Source: Phoronis australis (Eukaryota; Animalia; Phoronida). From it: DNA of 64,000 bases. Where the stretch lies: assembly GCA_002633005.1 (NCBI GenBank), contig NMRA01000134.1, forward strand, positions 783,012-847,011, read 5' to 3'. A model generated the notes under the pieces. It was given only the letters and a program-made list of their open reading frames with translations. It did no database searches and was not told the DNA's origin. Shown piece by piece: positions 38,907 to 50,514 of the stretch. A program made the translations under genes and the position numbers. Position 1 is the first letter of the stretch, and every line of letters starts with the position of its first letter.

Positions 38907-39223
38907 TCAACATAAATCACACAGTATACCATGCTCACTCAAGTACTGAAGGTCCTCTTCATTCAAGTTTTCATCTGGGAAGGTTGGATGAAAACAGAGG
39001 AGATGACAATATCGATGACAGTTGTAACACCTTAGATAGATATTACCGTTCACCAACGTTGTCACGAACCCTGCATCGTTCAGTTCTTGTTCCTGTATCC
39101 ACAAATAATCCTGAACTGTAGGAAAAAATGACAAAGAACACAACGAATCAAATTTCGAAAATCATCGCCTTCGTGCGATTCCGTGTTGCTGTCACCAGAC
39201 TGATGTTCTTCCCCAACGTCCAT
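38907..39223 (-). CDS. Small acidic PHD-finger-like (C4HC3) protein; one apparent frameshift in a T-run, or a terminal exon starting at 39115
   Basis: MDVGEEHQSGDSNTESHEGDDFRNLIRCVLCHF/FPTVQDYLWIQEQELNDAGFVTTLVNGNIYLRCYNCHRYCHLLCFHPTFPDENLNEEDLQYLSEHGILCDLC*, giving CxxC...CxxC-x4-H-x2-C...CxxC. The frames join if the A6 run at 39123-39128 is A7. Confidence 0.6.
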
Positions 39224-39386
39224 TGTAAAAAATCGACGTTGCAAGTGATGGAAACTTGTCTACGCTCTCGTCCTTTGTTTCTAACCTTTAACCCATTTTT
39301 TAATAAAGGGGTGTACTGTTTTTGTCTCCTGTTGATAGTGCATAATCTATGGTTTTACAATGTATTAATCGTGTTAAATGCATATA

Positions 39387-40075
39387 NNNNNNNNNNNNNN
39401 NNNNNNNNNNNNNNNNNNNNNNNNNNNNNNNNNNNNNNNNNNNNNNNNNNNNNNNNNNNNNNNNNNNNNNNNNNNNNNNNNNNNNNNNNNNNNNNNNNNN
39501 NNNNNNNNNNNNNNNNNNNNNNNNNNNNNNNNNNNNNNNNNNNNNNNNNNNNNNNNNNNNNNNNNNNNNNNNNNNNNNNNNNNNNNNNNNNNNNNNNNNN
39601 NNNNNNNNNNNNNNNNNNNNNNNNNNNNNNNNNNNNNNNNNNNNNNNNNNNNNNNNNNNNNNNNNNNNNNNNNNNNNNNNNNNNNNNNNNNNNNNNNNNN
39701 NNNNNNNNNNNNNNNNNNNNNNNNNNNNNNNNNNNNNNNNNNNNNNNNNNNNNNNNNNNNNNNNNNNNNNNNNNNNNNNNNNNNNNNNNNNNNNNNNNNN
39801 NNNNNNNNNNNNNNNNNNNNNNNNNNNNNNNNNNNNNNNNNNNNNNNNNNNNNNNNNNNNNNNNNNNNNNNNNNNNNNNNNNNNNNNNNNNNNNNNNNNN
39901 NNNNNNNNNNNNNNNNNNNNNNNNNNNNNNNNNNNNNNNNNNNNNNNNNNNNNNNNNNNNNNNNNNNNNNNNNNNNNNNNNNNNNNNNNNNNNNNNNNNN
40001 NNNNNNNNNNNNNNNNNNNNNNNNNNNNNNNNNNNNNNNNNNNNNNNNNNNNNNNNNNNNNNNNNNNNNNNNNNN
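39387..40075. other. Assembly gap (N run)
   Basis: Run of N inside the P-like element. Confidence 1.
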
Positions 40076-40208
40076 TTCCATTCACGTCGACGCGAGAACA
40101 TAACTTTTTCTCCCACAGCGGATTTTGGGGTCTCCGTACACTATGGAAGCTAACGCCTCTGCATTTCGCCTGCGTAGCCGAACAACCGGCCACACAGCAA
40201 CCGACCAT
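40076..40208 (-). pseudogene. THAP domain N-terminus of the P-like element (runs into the gap)
   Basis: MVGCCVAGCSATQAKCRGVSFHS...WEKK; DPKIR lies in an adjacent frame, suggesting a frameshift. Confidence 0.7.
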
Positions 40209-40969
40209 GATTAGCAGACGACGTACTTGCCGGAAATTACACCAGATAATTTAGCCAGGTGTCGCCAGTGAATAATGACGTAAAGGCTTGTGCGCAAGCT
40301 CACAGATTTCGTCCATTGAAAGTATACGGAGTTGGCGGTCCATGTACTATAGTCTATGATCTTACCAAGGACACTTTGGCGTGAATTGCAACTAATACAA
40401 ACTATAGTGGGTGCAGTTTCAAAAAGAGCACTGGGATTATTGGTGTTATGAGTAACCTGAGTAGGGAAGTCAAACATACATGTACAGACTTCGGGATTTG
40501 TTCTTTAAAAAGAACGAGCTTGTCATTGCTGCTCAATACAACATGCACCGAGTTGAACTCCACCGTCGTCATTTCATGCTCTGAAGGCAATGTAGCTGTA
40601 AATAAAATGGAATGGAAACTTTTAGCGTGCTTCCGCGAAAGTACGCTAGAAGAAGACACCATTGTGTTAAGGGATTAGTAGCGAAGTATAATGAAGAAAC
40701 AGAATTTGCAAGTTTCGTGCGAGATAATCATGTTTATGGAAAATAGGCGAACAATCACAATATTGGAAAAACGCATTCGCATGATTACAAACGCCATGGC
40801 ATTATTTTGTGCACATAATAAAGTTTTTGTGATCATCAACGATTTCAAAAAATATATAAGTTTTTCAAAGTAATTTTAAAGAAATTTGTTCTTGGTGATG
40901 AAGGTAACCGATTAGCTCAACACAGAGTGACGTGAATGGAGTTGTGAATTCAATTGAAAATCGTTTCAG

Positions 40970-41040
40970 ATTGTGTTCAGCCGTCACATGAGTAACCGAG
41001 ATGTTCATGAACTCATTGCTGTGGCCGCCAACTTTGACAA
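40970..41040 (+). CDS. PDE9A: PDE9 coding exon 2
   Basis: tttcag acceptor, GTAAGT donor, 71 nt; IVFSRHMSNRDVHELIAVAANFD resembles [22 protein letters not shown]. Confidence 0.8.
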
Positions 41041-41401
41041 GTAAGTTAAAGATGTCCGCAATATTATGCACCCCACAGTGACCTGCTAACTATCCTTTCC
41101 TTTGATTTCTATGTGACTGTAATTTTGTTGAATAAACAACTGTACTCGTTATTCAACTTGATTTTACCCCGAGTCACACGAGACTGTGATTCTTCCGAAA
41201 AGTCTGTTTGTAACACCTTGAAAATACATTACAGCAGTACGCTACTGTATATACTAATTGTCCTGGAACAATAATTACAACCACACTACGAATCAATAAC
41301 AAATGACGTGCGTGTCTGTAAATATGACATCGTTAGCAAGACATGCAAGACCTGTAAATTACATCAAAACACGTTTAATTCTGGGTATCAATTTCTTTCA
41401 G

Positions 41402-41479
41402 AAATTCGACGATAACGTTGAAGAATAATGAAGGAAGTATTGTACCTGTGTCTCCCTTGATGCCGTCCAACACGCAAAG
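41402..41479 (+). CDS. PDE9A: PDE9 coding exon 3
   Basis: tttctttcag acceptor, GT donor, 78 nt, phase compatible; NSTITLKNNEGSIVPVSPLMPSNTQ resembles [25 protein letters not shown]. Confidence 0.8.
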
Positions 41480-41888
41480 GTTAATAGCTATCATAGAACA
41501 TGTCAGTTTCAGTGCGTAATGCCATGCACATGAACGAATCGCCAATACTTTTGAAAAATAAATTCGTAACTACTATCCAGAAAAAACATCCATTCGAACT
41601 TGTGCTTTGGTCTCAAAGCATGATCTGCGAGCATACGTATAATACCAAGATTTGGGTGCAGTAAATTCCCTGTTGTATAACCATAAGATTTCATTGCATC
41701 TATGTTTACTGATGANTATATACCTAGCGAGGTATATATAATTGCGGGATATATATTGTTCTGGGGCATATACCCAATGGGGCATATATAGCTGCGGGCT
41801 ATATATTATATATATGCCCCGAAACGAGGTCTCAAAATTTTACCCCACTGCAAGGTTTCAAATAATAACCCCATATCTGCATACAAAC

Positions 41889-41889
<1 letters not shown>

Positions 41890-41933
<44 letters not shown>
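41890..41933. repeat. (TA)n microsatellite
   Basis: Direct reading. Confidence 0.95.
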
Positions 41934-41936
<3 letters not shown>

Positions 41937-42930
41937 TGCAAACACAGACCAGACAGAAAGTTACGAAATATCAATATTTTAATGATATTTTTCAACTGAC
42001 GAAACTCGTCTTGTGTTCTGAATTGATGAATTTAAGAAAGAGTAATATTTAAGCGCAGCCATATAGTTCTCCAAGACGATTGACGTAAATAATATTTTTA
42101 TCCTGTTTACAATAATTCCTTCACGTCACTTATAATTAATTTACGGAACAAAGAATTGATTTACGCCGTTAACAATTATCAATTTGCTCACTAAATTTAC
42201 GTGCGTTATCACCCATTTGGCCAATAGCGATGAGAAGGTTATTGGCAGTGCTTTTTTATCATTTGCTAGCGCACTATTCGACATCCGTTCAACTAGTGTA
42301 CTCAAGCGCAGAAACAAAAAGTGCACAAAGAGAGATCATCAAACGGAAAATATAACAGACCATCCTAGAAAAAGAACAATCTGATGATTTTATAACGATA
42401 TAGAAAGCAACCCGTAGCTGTTAAGCAACTACTGGTACATGCTTAAAACACGACAACGATTTTTGCAGTATATGCATAAATCCATTGGCCCAAAGTATAA
42501 AGATGTAAGCCATTTGTAATATTATTGCGATTTCTTGGCAGAAATGTTATCCATCGTATTTACTTATACTCATGAAATATAATTCTGGTGTCAGGCAATG
42601 ACTGTCAGTATTCTCGTAGCCCTGGAATAGAAACTAATTCTATCACAGATAGTGGTCTAAATTAAAAGTTTGGTTCTCGTGATGGAAGAGTTTATTGTCC
42701 CAAGAACTGAACGTTTTTGATCACCCTTGTTGGTGGCAAAGTACCCACGTCCTTCAAAGTCTTCGAGATAATGTCTACATCTGGGGCGTCAGATAGTTTG
42801 ACAGTCCATCTCCAAATCCACAAAAAATCTTGTCCCTACCTAAGATTACATTGTCCGTCAGATATTCCGTCTGTAATGTTCGAAATCACGCAGGAGTATT
42901 CATGTTAACGCCAACTTTATTGTTTTTCAG

Positions 42931-42989
42931 CACTCCGTACTCAGTGCACGTGAAGACACCTCGTCAATCCGAAGTCAATACGTCGCGCG
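42931..42989 (+). CDS. PDE9A: PDE9 coding exon 4
   Basis: tttttcag acceptor, GTAAGG donor, 59 nt, phase compatible; TPYSVHVKTPRQSEVNTSR starts like TPYKV. Confidence 0.7.
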
Positions 42990-43632
42990 GTAAGGGGCAA
43001 TGTAAGTAATTTTGTTATTGTCACGTTTGTTGAATATAAAGCTAATGTTTCTGTATCTTCCATCTACATATCCGTTTTGTTTCGCAATTGTTTTTTTTTC
43101 ATATTTACCCACTTCTAATTGTATAGTTTCTGCATTTCAGAACATGGGCAATTTTTTCGTTTTATTATGTTCCAATATAAAGAACTTTACTTGTCAACTT
43201 TCTATGAAATATGTGCTTCTGGTGTTGACAACAAGAAGAGATAATTACACCAATGAAGTGAATGCGTAGAGCTTGGGCGTAATTAATCATGCAAAATACC
43301 TATAATAAAGGATGTTAATAAGATTGATATTACTTCATATTACTCACTGATGACATTGAGTTGCAAATTAGGTGAGGCTCAAGTTGCTGACAGTAAATCT
43401 CTTGCGAAATAAAAGGTGACAAAAATTGCATTGCTGAATATTTTCATGTTACTAAATAAGAAATGTGTACCTTGTTATGTATTCACTGAATTCATCTTTG
43501 AAAAGTACGTTATAAAAATCACAACCTCGTGACATTCTCTAACTATAAGAGTCTTCATAGCCACGCCTTCAGTTGTCTGATTGGCAGCGCTCAGTAGTCA
43601 AAGTACTACATATCTTCCATTCTGTCTTTCAG

Positions 43633-43687
43633 ATGGAAAGGAGGATGTAGCTGCCATTCTTAATCAAGTTGCCGACCAGTTCAATAA
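43633..43687 (+). CDS. PDE9A: PDE9 coding exon 5
   Basis: ctttcag acceptor, GTGAGT donor; DGKEDVAAILNQVADQFNK resembles EELIQSVLAQVAEQFSR. Confidence 0.85.
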
Positions 43688-43786
43688 GTGAGTAGATCAC
43701 AACACGAGATAATGCGACATTGTTTGAAGTAAGAAAAGAACAAAAGGATGAACTCTACCTTAAATCGTCAACACAAGGGGCATTAA

Positions 43787-45294
43787 AGGAGAAGCCAACC
43801 CTTTTCATATCATTTTTAGTAGAAATACGGTTCCTTTGATTATCCCAGACATATGTTCCAGTTAAATACGGCTTCCCGTAATTTTATAAATTAGTCGTGC
43901 CCTACTCCGGAAGTGACCTTTAAGGGGTTAAGAATTTCCCGCCTGATTTTGTTTCTGCGTTCAAGTTTACTGTGAGGATCTGTTCCACTGTTGTTTTCGT
44001 TCTGATTTCCTAAAATTGTTGTCACCACTTCCCATCGACGAGCTAGGTTGTAAGAGAACTCAATTACGTTGGATTTAGAAATCGTTTACCTGAAAATGGC
44101 TGGAGTCACAGACACAGTGACGTGAGTGACAGAGACATTATTCATACCAGTGGTGTCGAGGATTTCTGTCACGAATAGTCAGTGGGTGGAAATATGTTTG
44201 CACCCCAGTATAGTGAGGCAGAATACGCACAGACAGCTATGAGAGTAATGAGGCAGATACTGAGGACAGACGTGGTGGGACGTCTTTATTGGTGCAAAAT
44301 GCACGGTATGCAATGATATGCCGACCTCAATGGAATGCTTCTGCTGTTCCCAAACCGCTCACATCCCGCCGTATGACTCCCTCGCGACACACTTGGCACT
44401 TTTTACATAGCTCCAATACTTTAGTCAAGTCCACAATAAACTTATCAAAGTTTGTCTAACCGGCCTGTTCTCTGAACGACGATCTATCCTCCTCACTGGG
44501 TGTTGAACTGGGCCTGTATTCACATCACTTCTCAACATCGCGGCAGAGCTGCTTACAGGCTCTGGGCTAGGGACAACACCAGCACAGGGCGAATCACTGC
44601 TAGTTCCCGGAATTGCAAGTTCTGGGGGGTACATGTACGTTCCTAGGCACAGGTGACAGTAAATGAAGGGCCTTTACTCACTGTGGAGGCCACATCTCGC
44701 GACGCGGCTTCTGCCTTCAATAATGCACTTGCCGTGGGTGGCAACGAGGCACTGGCGGAATCAACAGCGACAGTATGGTACCCTTCTTCAGGCGTTGTTT
44801 TGCAGGAACTTTCATCAATTCCGCGAACAAACGTCTTTAGTAATCCGATGGAAGAAAATGCTTGCCACACACTCGGTAATTCTCCACTGCTTAATTGCGT
44901 GGACTGGTACCGCTGCGTTATTCACACCAACGAGCCAAGTACGGCGGAGTGTGCATCGTTTGGAAAGCGATGTAAATGCATACTCAATGTGCGCGTTAGA
45001 CGATGATGTGTACATACAGGTATGGAAAAAACATACGGCATGTTGACTGACTCGTAACAACCGAACTTATCACAACCGAGCTAAAACAAGGACTGACTTG
45101 ACAGTCACAAAATCAGACTATATGAAAACAAAATGGCAGAAAATTCTTAACCCGGGCCTAAACGTCACTTCTGGAGTAAGGCACGACTAATTAATAAAAT
45201 TATGGGAAGCTGTTATTAATTGTAAAATATGACTGGGATAATCAAAGAAACGTATTTTTACTAAAAATGACACGAATAAAGGTTGTCATCTCCT
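43787..45294. mobile_element. Kolobok-type element with ~155-bp TIRs, carrying convergent KolX/P2X7-ballast-like (+) and THAP (-) remnants
   Basis: TTAA|AGGAGA...TCTCCT|TTAA with long imperfect inverted repeats. + strand MFAPQYSEAE...WCK/CTVCNDMPTSMECFCC (44195-44350). - strand MPYV..IPVC...LHRFPND/LRRTWL.../RVCGKHFLPSDY...RLKKGTILS (45041-44765). Confidence 0.8.
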
Positions 45295-45485
45295 TTAAAA
45301 GTTATATTTTCTTTAATTTACAAAAATGTTTATCAAGTGAAAAAGTTCTAAGGTGTACATTTGAACAATGTAGTTTTTGCATTATTTTAACACAGATTTT
45401 CACACGTGAAACCGTTTATTATCAAAGATGCCATTCTAAGTTTCGTCTAATTTAATTGTGTTATTGTTCATTTAATTATTTTAGG

Positions 45486-45800
45486 CAAACCGACAAGATC
45501 ACTAAATACTGTTCAATGTCTTCACCCCAAACCGTCAAGTTCACTGAATGCTGTTCAATGTCTTCGCCTCAAACAGAAAAGTTCACTAAATGCTGTTCGA
45601 TGTATTCACCCCAAACCAACAAGATCACCAAATGCTGTTCAATGTATTCAACCCAAACCGACAAGATCACTAAATGCTGTTCAATGTATTCCCCCCAAAC
45701 CGACAAGATCACTGAATGCTGTTCAATGTCTTACCCCAAACTGAAAAGTTCACTAAATGGTGTTCAATGTCTTCACCCCAAACCGACAAGATCAAATGCT
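45486..45800. repeat. 42-bp intronic minisatellite (~7.5 copies)
   Basis: Unit caaaccgacaagatcactaaatgctgttcaatgtattcaccc; produces the 14-aa periodic Cys-rich ORF 45456-45968. Confidence 0.9.
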
Positions 45801-48502
45801 GTTTTTGTTAGCTGTGTTTACACAGTTTGGACCCATGTGTATTATTGTGGTGTCATTAATATGTGTCCTATTTCACCGGCCACCGGCGCTCTTACTGCAG
45901 ACACCTCGATTGCCATATCCAACAAGGCATCCAACGAAAGAATTTTTAATCTTTCTCCAACCCTGTGAGGATAGTTGTCTTGCCAGGAGTTGCACTGGAG
46001 CATTATTTATGTTCAAATATTTAACTGTTGCAGTTATATTTTATCAACATGACTTAAATAACCTAAAAATGGGCGATTAGGCGAGATCTGTTGAGACCTT
46101 AGTCGCGTTCGTGACACATGATATATAGTTCGTACGGTGAGCTTATGTCATAGATGTAAGTAAATCTCCGAGACATAACGCATTCTGATGTCCCTCAGCC
46201 ACTTCCTCTATCATTTTTGAGTGGCGAATCAATGTCTTTGGCCAGCAGTCATTGTGCGGGGTTCTTAGTGGTGGATTGGGTTAGCGTCGACTCTAGTGCT
46301 TTCCCAATACTATTGACGAAGCAGTCTAGAGGTTACGTGTGCAGATCTTGGCTGTGCTCCGCAGGCGGCGCGAGAACCTTGTTCTGTGGAATGCTCTCTT
46401 TTCAGCGGACAAGTCTGCAATCCGAGCCGTTGCGGTGAAAACAAAGTGCTACCACTGGCTTTTCCCAGCGTATTCGGTGAACTAGCCTGTCAAGTTGCGG
46501 TGGAAAAAATGAAAAAGATATGCGTGCGTCTAAGCCATAGGGCTGATCGCCGCTTCAAAAGCGATTTTAGGAAGTTCTTTTCAGTGTTCTCGCGGTAACG
46601 TAAGATGACGAAAAAGTCAAGTTCAAGTGTCAACTGGTGGATATTTGAGTTATAAAACTGCGTTTCCTTGAGAAGCTTGCTTCTTACCAAGACTATAGTA
46701 GAAACAGCCACAAAAGTCAAGAACAACAAAATCTCTTTCAAAAAAGGATTTAATAAGTTATCACAAAGATCGCTGTCGAACGTCCACGGGGATTTTTTAA
46801 AAGAACTCAGTTAGATACATGGAGCTTAATGTCAATGCAAGCTAAATAGCTTGAAATATTTTCATTATCTAACTGAGAGCGTGATGATGACGACTACGAT
46901 GATGATAATAATGTTAGAATGAAATGTTTGTGCAAGTGTTTCCTTGGAGAAAATCATTTGCGTGAAGTCATTAAACCAGGTCGTAAATTGTTTTTGGAAA
47001 ATCTTATATTTGTAATCAATTTCTGCGCTCTCATTTGCATAATTGATTTCCGCACTCGTATTTGCATAATTGAATGTAGAAAAAGCCAATCCAATTCAAT
47101 TTCAATCGGACAGAGTGAGACTGATTTTCTACTTTGGAGATAATTGAGTTTGCAGCAACGACTGGTAACGCTCTGGCAAAGTAATAGTCTACTGTAATCT
47201 TCACATTGAAATCAATAACAGAACTCACATTCAAAGAAGTGTCCAATGGTCGGTAATCGTTTCTTTGGACCCATTATTCTATAGTTTGAGTGTTTTTATC
47301 GGTGATTTAAATCAAGTTTATTCTATCCGCAGAAAAAATGCCGCATCACATTGTTTGCAATGTCGATTTTGATGATTTGTATGCTGGCACCAAAAAGTGA
47401 TACATGCGCCGGTACTACTCAACCGTATTTCACTGAGAATGCAGGGTTGGGGATGTGCAGACTTAAAATATCATTTCTGGTTAAGAGTTTTCTGGTATTT
47501 GCTTCCGCTGCCTTCGCTGTCAGTAAAACATTTCACCTTATCTCAGATGTACTTTCAAATTTCTATAATTTGACAAAGAAAACTGTTTGGTTTTAAAAAT
47601 TTGATTGTTTCTATAAGAGTTTTGCATGGTTGTTTGACGTTTTATTCGCAGGCGTCCTCATCTTCTGATCGTCCTCAATACACTATATGTAATAAATACT
47701 AAACTTAAAAGGTCTGACACTCGGGATTAGGAATTCCTCGGGCGCTTCACTTCCAGCACAAATCTCAATAAATTATACAAACCAGGGTTTCAGCAGACCA
47801 ATTTTTCTTTCTTGTGATAGCATTTACAACGGCATGCTCCAGGGAGTTCGCAACAAATTTGTGATCAAAACGCAAAAATCTTCCCCCAAAGGCCGATGCG
47901 CAGCAACTCCTGTAAGACGGGAATTGCCGATTTGTTACGAAAGGTCACACCAATGACTTCACACTTAGCCAGACAATTTCGCAACCTTCTGTGATGAACC
48001 GGCAACTGTCAAGTCAATACGAAACTCATAGGGTAATTCCGTACTTGATCTTGAACCGACTCACGTGACCCTTAGGCCAAAGCTTTTAAAACGGGCATGA
48101 TGTCTATTGAAGTTACTGACTGCAAAATGATTTTGTTTTCCTCTTTGACTAGGGCCTACTACAAACGTTAAAAGGCAGCCGGCTACTTAATTAAAAAGAA
48201 CAAAAATATCCTTCAAATTAGTTGACCTTAATATCACCATTAACAAAACCCTTCAGATTAGCTTCAGACAAGCCAGATATATTACAAATCCTAGGAGTCT
48301 GAATCATTCCTGAATCTTCTGCTGGTTCTGGTCACCAGTGTGCACTTCACTCCGTTTGCAAGCAGTAAACTTGCCGTTTACGTAAAAGCACGGCTGATGA
48401 AACAAGTAGGCTAAAAGGTCAACAACTAGCATTCTTCCATTCAGAACGGGCTCAAAATTCAAGACCTTCACACGCCGCAAAACAAAACTCCAACTTCCCA
48501 GC

Positions 48503-48540
48503 AGTACCTATCCAATTTTTAATAAAATTGGATAGGTACT
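48503..48540. repeat. Perfect 17-bp inverted repeat (hairpin), likely a Helentron-type element terminus
   Basis: AGTACCTATCCAATTTT-taat-AAAATTGGATAGGTACT. Confidence 0.7.
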
Positions 48541-48834
48541 TAACTTCAACTCTGGTTTTGAGTGGTGCCACTCAATACTTTGTTTCAATGACCGATGTGA
48601 TACGTCATAATAATGCCGCTTTCAACTCAATCTCATTAAGTTTCATTACATACTGATAAGTCTGCTCAAAATACTTCTTCTATTTCCTCTATAACAGAGA
48701 TGTTTGGTGCATGTTGTCATTGCATATGTCATTGTAATCAACTCTGCCATTCACATTGTATACAGTGACATGCGTGATTAATACAAAACCGAGAGTAACA
48801 CGAGTTCCCTTGCCAATCAATGTTCGTTTTACAG

Positions 48835-48905
48835 GGTGTTTCAAGTGGAGGAGATGAAGAACGCTTTTGCAACTAGAATTCAAAATCTGGAGAAGAGAGT
48901 TGAAA
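48835..48905 (+). CDS. PDE9A: PDE9 coding exon 6
   Basis: ttttacag acceptor, GTAAGC donor; VFQVEEMKNAFATRIQNLEKRVE resembles [23 protein letters not shown]. Confidence 0.88.
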
Positions 48906-49550
48906 GTAAGCAAAACATCCTTTTTAAATGTCGGTTGTGTCGATTACACCCAAGAACCCACTGTTAAAGACCAAGTAGCGGCGTAGCTAGGCGTAAGATG
49001 TGAAGATGGTGTGTCACCTCAGTCGTCATGGACATCAGTGTGGCGACGTCCTTGAGGCATTACAATGTCTGTCAGCTCTTATGTACCGCCCTCTTCCCGT
49101 CGAGGTGTCGCCTGGGGCTGTTTTTTCCTCGCCGTCCCCTTAGCAACGCCCCTTGGGTCTATTGCCAAATTGTGGCAAAGCGGCACTTGACGTTTTTCCA
49201 AGTGAATAAAACTCCGTATCAAAAGAATGGGACATACACGCGTGTACGACTATTTCAATGATGATAATTTAGGATACCGTGTCTCTTTATTATCAATGGT
49301 TTCAGGGTGTGATTAATTCATTAATTGTTGTATATTTTCTACGTACATGAACTTCTGCTAATTATTTATTAGTTGTTCAAAGGGACATTTAACTTGAAAA
49401 GACAATTCAATCTTCATCGTTTAATTCTGATCGTTTTGGAGCATGTTGAGTTATTGGTATGTGTTTCTCGAGGTACCGTTATTTTCGTTATCAATCGTTA
49501 CCCGACAAAAGTTCATCATAATCACAGCCTTCGTTATTTGTTATTTTCAG

Positions 49551-49659
49551 AGGAAGGGCTTAAGGCAGTGGAGATTGACAAATGTCGTCGCGACATCTCA
49601 GATATTAAGAACCAAATCTATGATGCTCAAAAACGATTTATTGATTATAATCACATGCG
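49551..49659 (+). CDS. PDE9A: PDE9 coding exon 7
   Basis: ttttcag acceptor, GTACGT donor; EGLKAVEIDKCRRDISDIKNQI resembles [22 protein letters not shown]. Confidence 0.88.
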
Positions 49660-50514
49660 GTACGTATCATTTTACAGTATATAAAAATTTAAATTTATCT
49701 AAATACTTGAGAATGATATTTTGTGACAGTATCATGGCACACGTGAGTTAAACAAACGAAGAAGTTAATTAAGACCATTTAACTACAAATTACACACTCA
49801 TCAACGTGTCTTTGGTGGAAAAGTTTAATTTGGACTACACTATAACCATCATTAAGCGTTATGGAAGAGTAATTATCAATTTTCCAAAACTTGGGGTAAT
49901 TTTGTCACGTGATCTCCTACTATGGTCACGAGAAGCCAACAATTTGCCAACTGATGGTGGCTGATTATTTCTTCATTCCTCTGTAGGTGATCAGTCCAAA
50001 TACATTCCGTTGAACGCCCTTTATAGGGCATGTTCTTCATCTTTATCCTCGCTATCGGAGGATTCCACTGTGTCGGAATGTGTTTTTCTTCAGCTCATAC
50101 TAGCTGTAGTGAGGATGTTCACTCTGTGGAGGAGGGAGGAGCTCACACTAGCACTTCTCTAAAGGAAAACCTTCCTCTGCCGCTGTCTTATAACAATTTA
50201 AGGCGGCAATAATAGCCGAGTTTACAAGCCACAAAATGCAAATGTTTTCTATATTTGTGACGAGCACGGGTTCGAATGCTGGCAATTTTTTCTTATATCG
50301 GCGGGCGTACTTACATTCCCTGAGTTTGCTACGCTATATATATGTATATACCTGTAGTTCTATAACTCCGAAGAGTTTTGATTGAAATGCATCTTATTTT
50401 TTACTACAGCGATCGTTGTGTTTTAGAACTCCGTATTCTGTGTATGCCCAAAGCACGCTGAGTCGACATGCTGTCCCGCTATTTTGATGTTTTTTTAAAT
50501 GTGACGTAATACTA

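Larger units (their letters stand above)
38418..40358 (-). mobile_element. P-element-like (THAP) non-autonomous transposon in PDE9 intron 1
   Basis: Direct repeat ATCTTAC at 38411-38417 and 40359-40365. Imperfect TIRs cgtagattatag...caactccg versus catagactatag...caactccg. THAP start MVGCCVAGCS...GVSFH at 40208 on the - strand. Confidence 0.7.

Noticed and set aside
39128-40254. Long ORFs across the second gap
   Set aside because: Mostly X residues; only the THAP start (40208) and the PHD-like frame are supported.
45456-45968. 170-aa Cys-rich repetitive ORF (metallothionein- or keratin-like)
   Set aside because: Product of a 42-bp minisatellite in a PDE9 intron. It has a non-ATG start, the periodic frame breaks in the last units, and it has no place in the PDE9 alignment.
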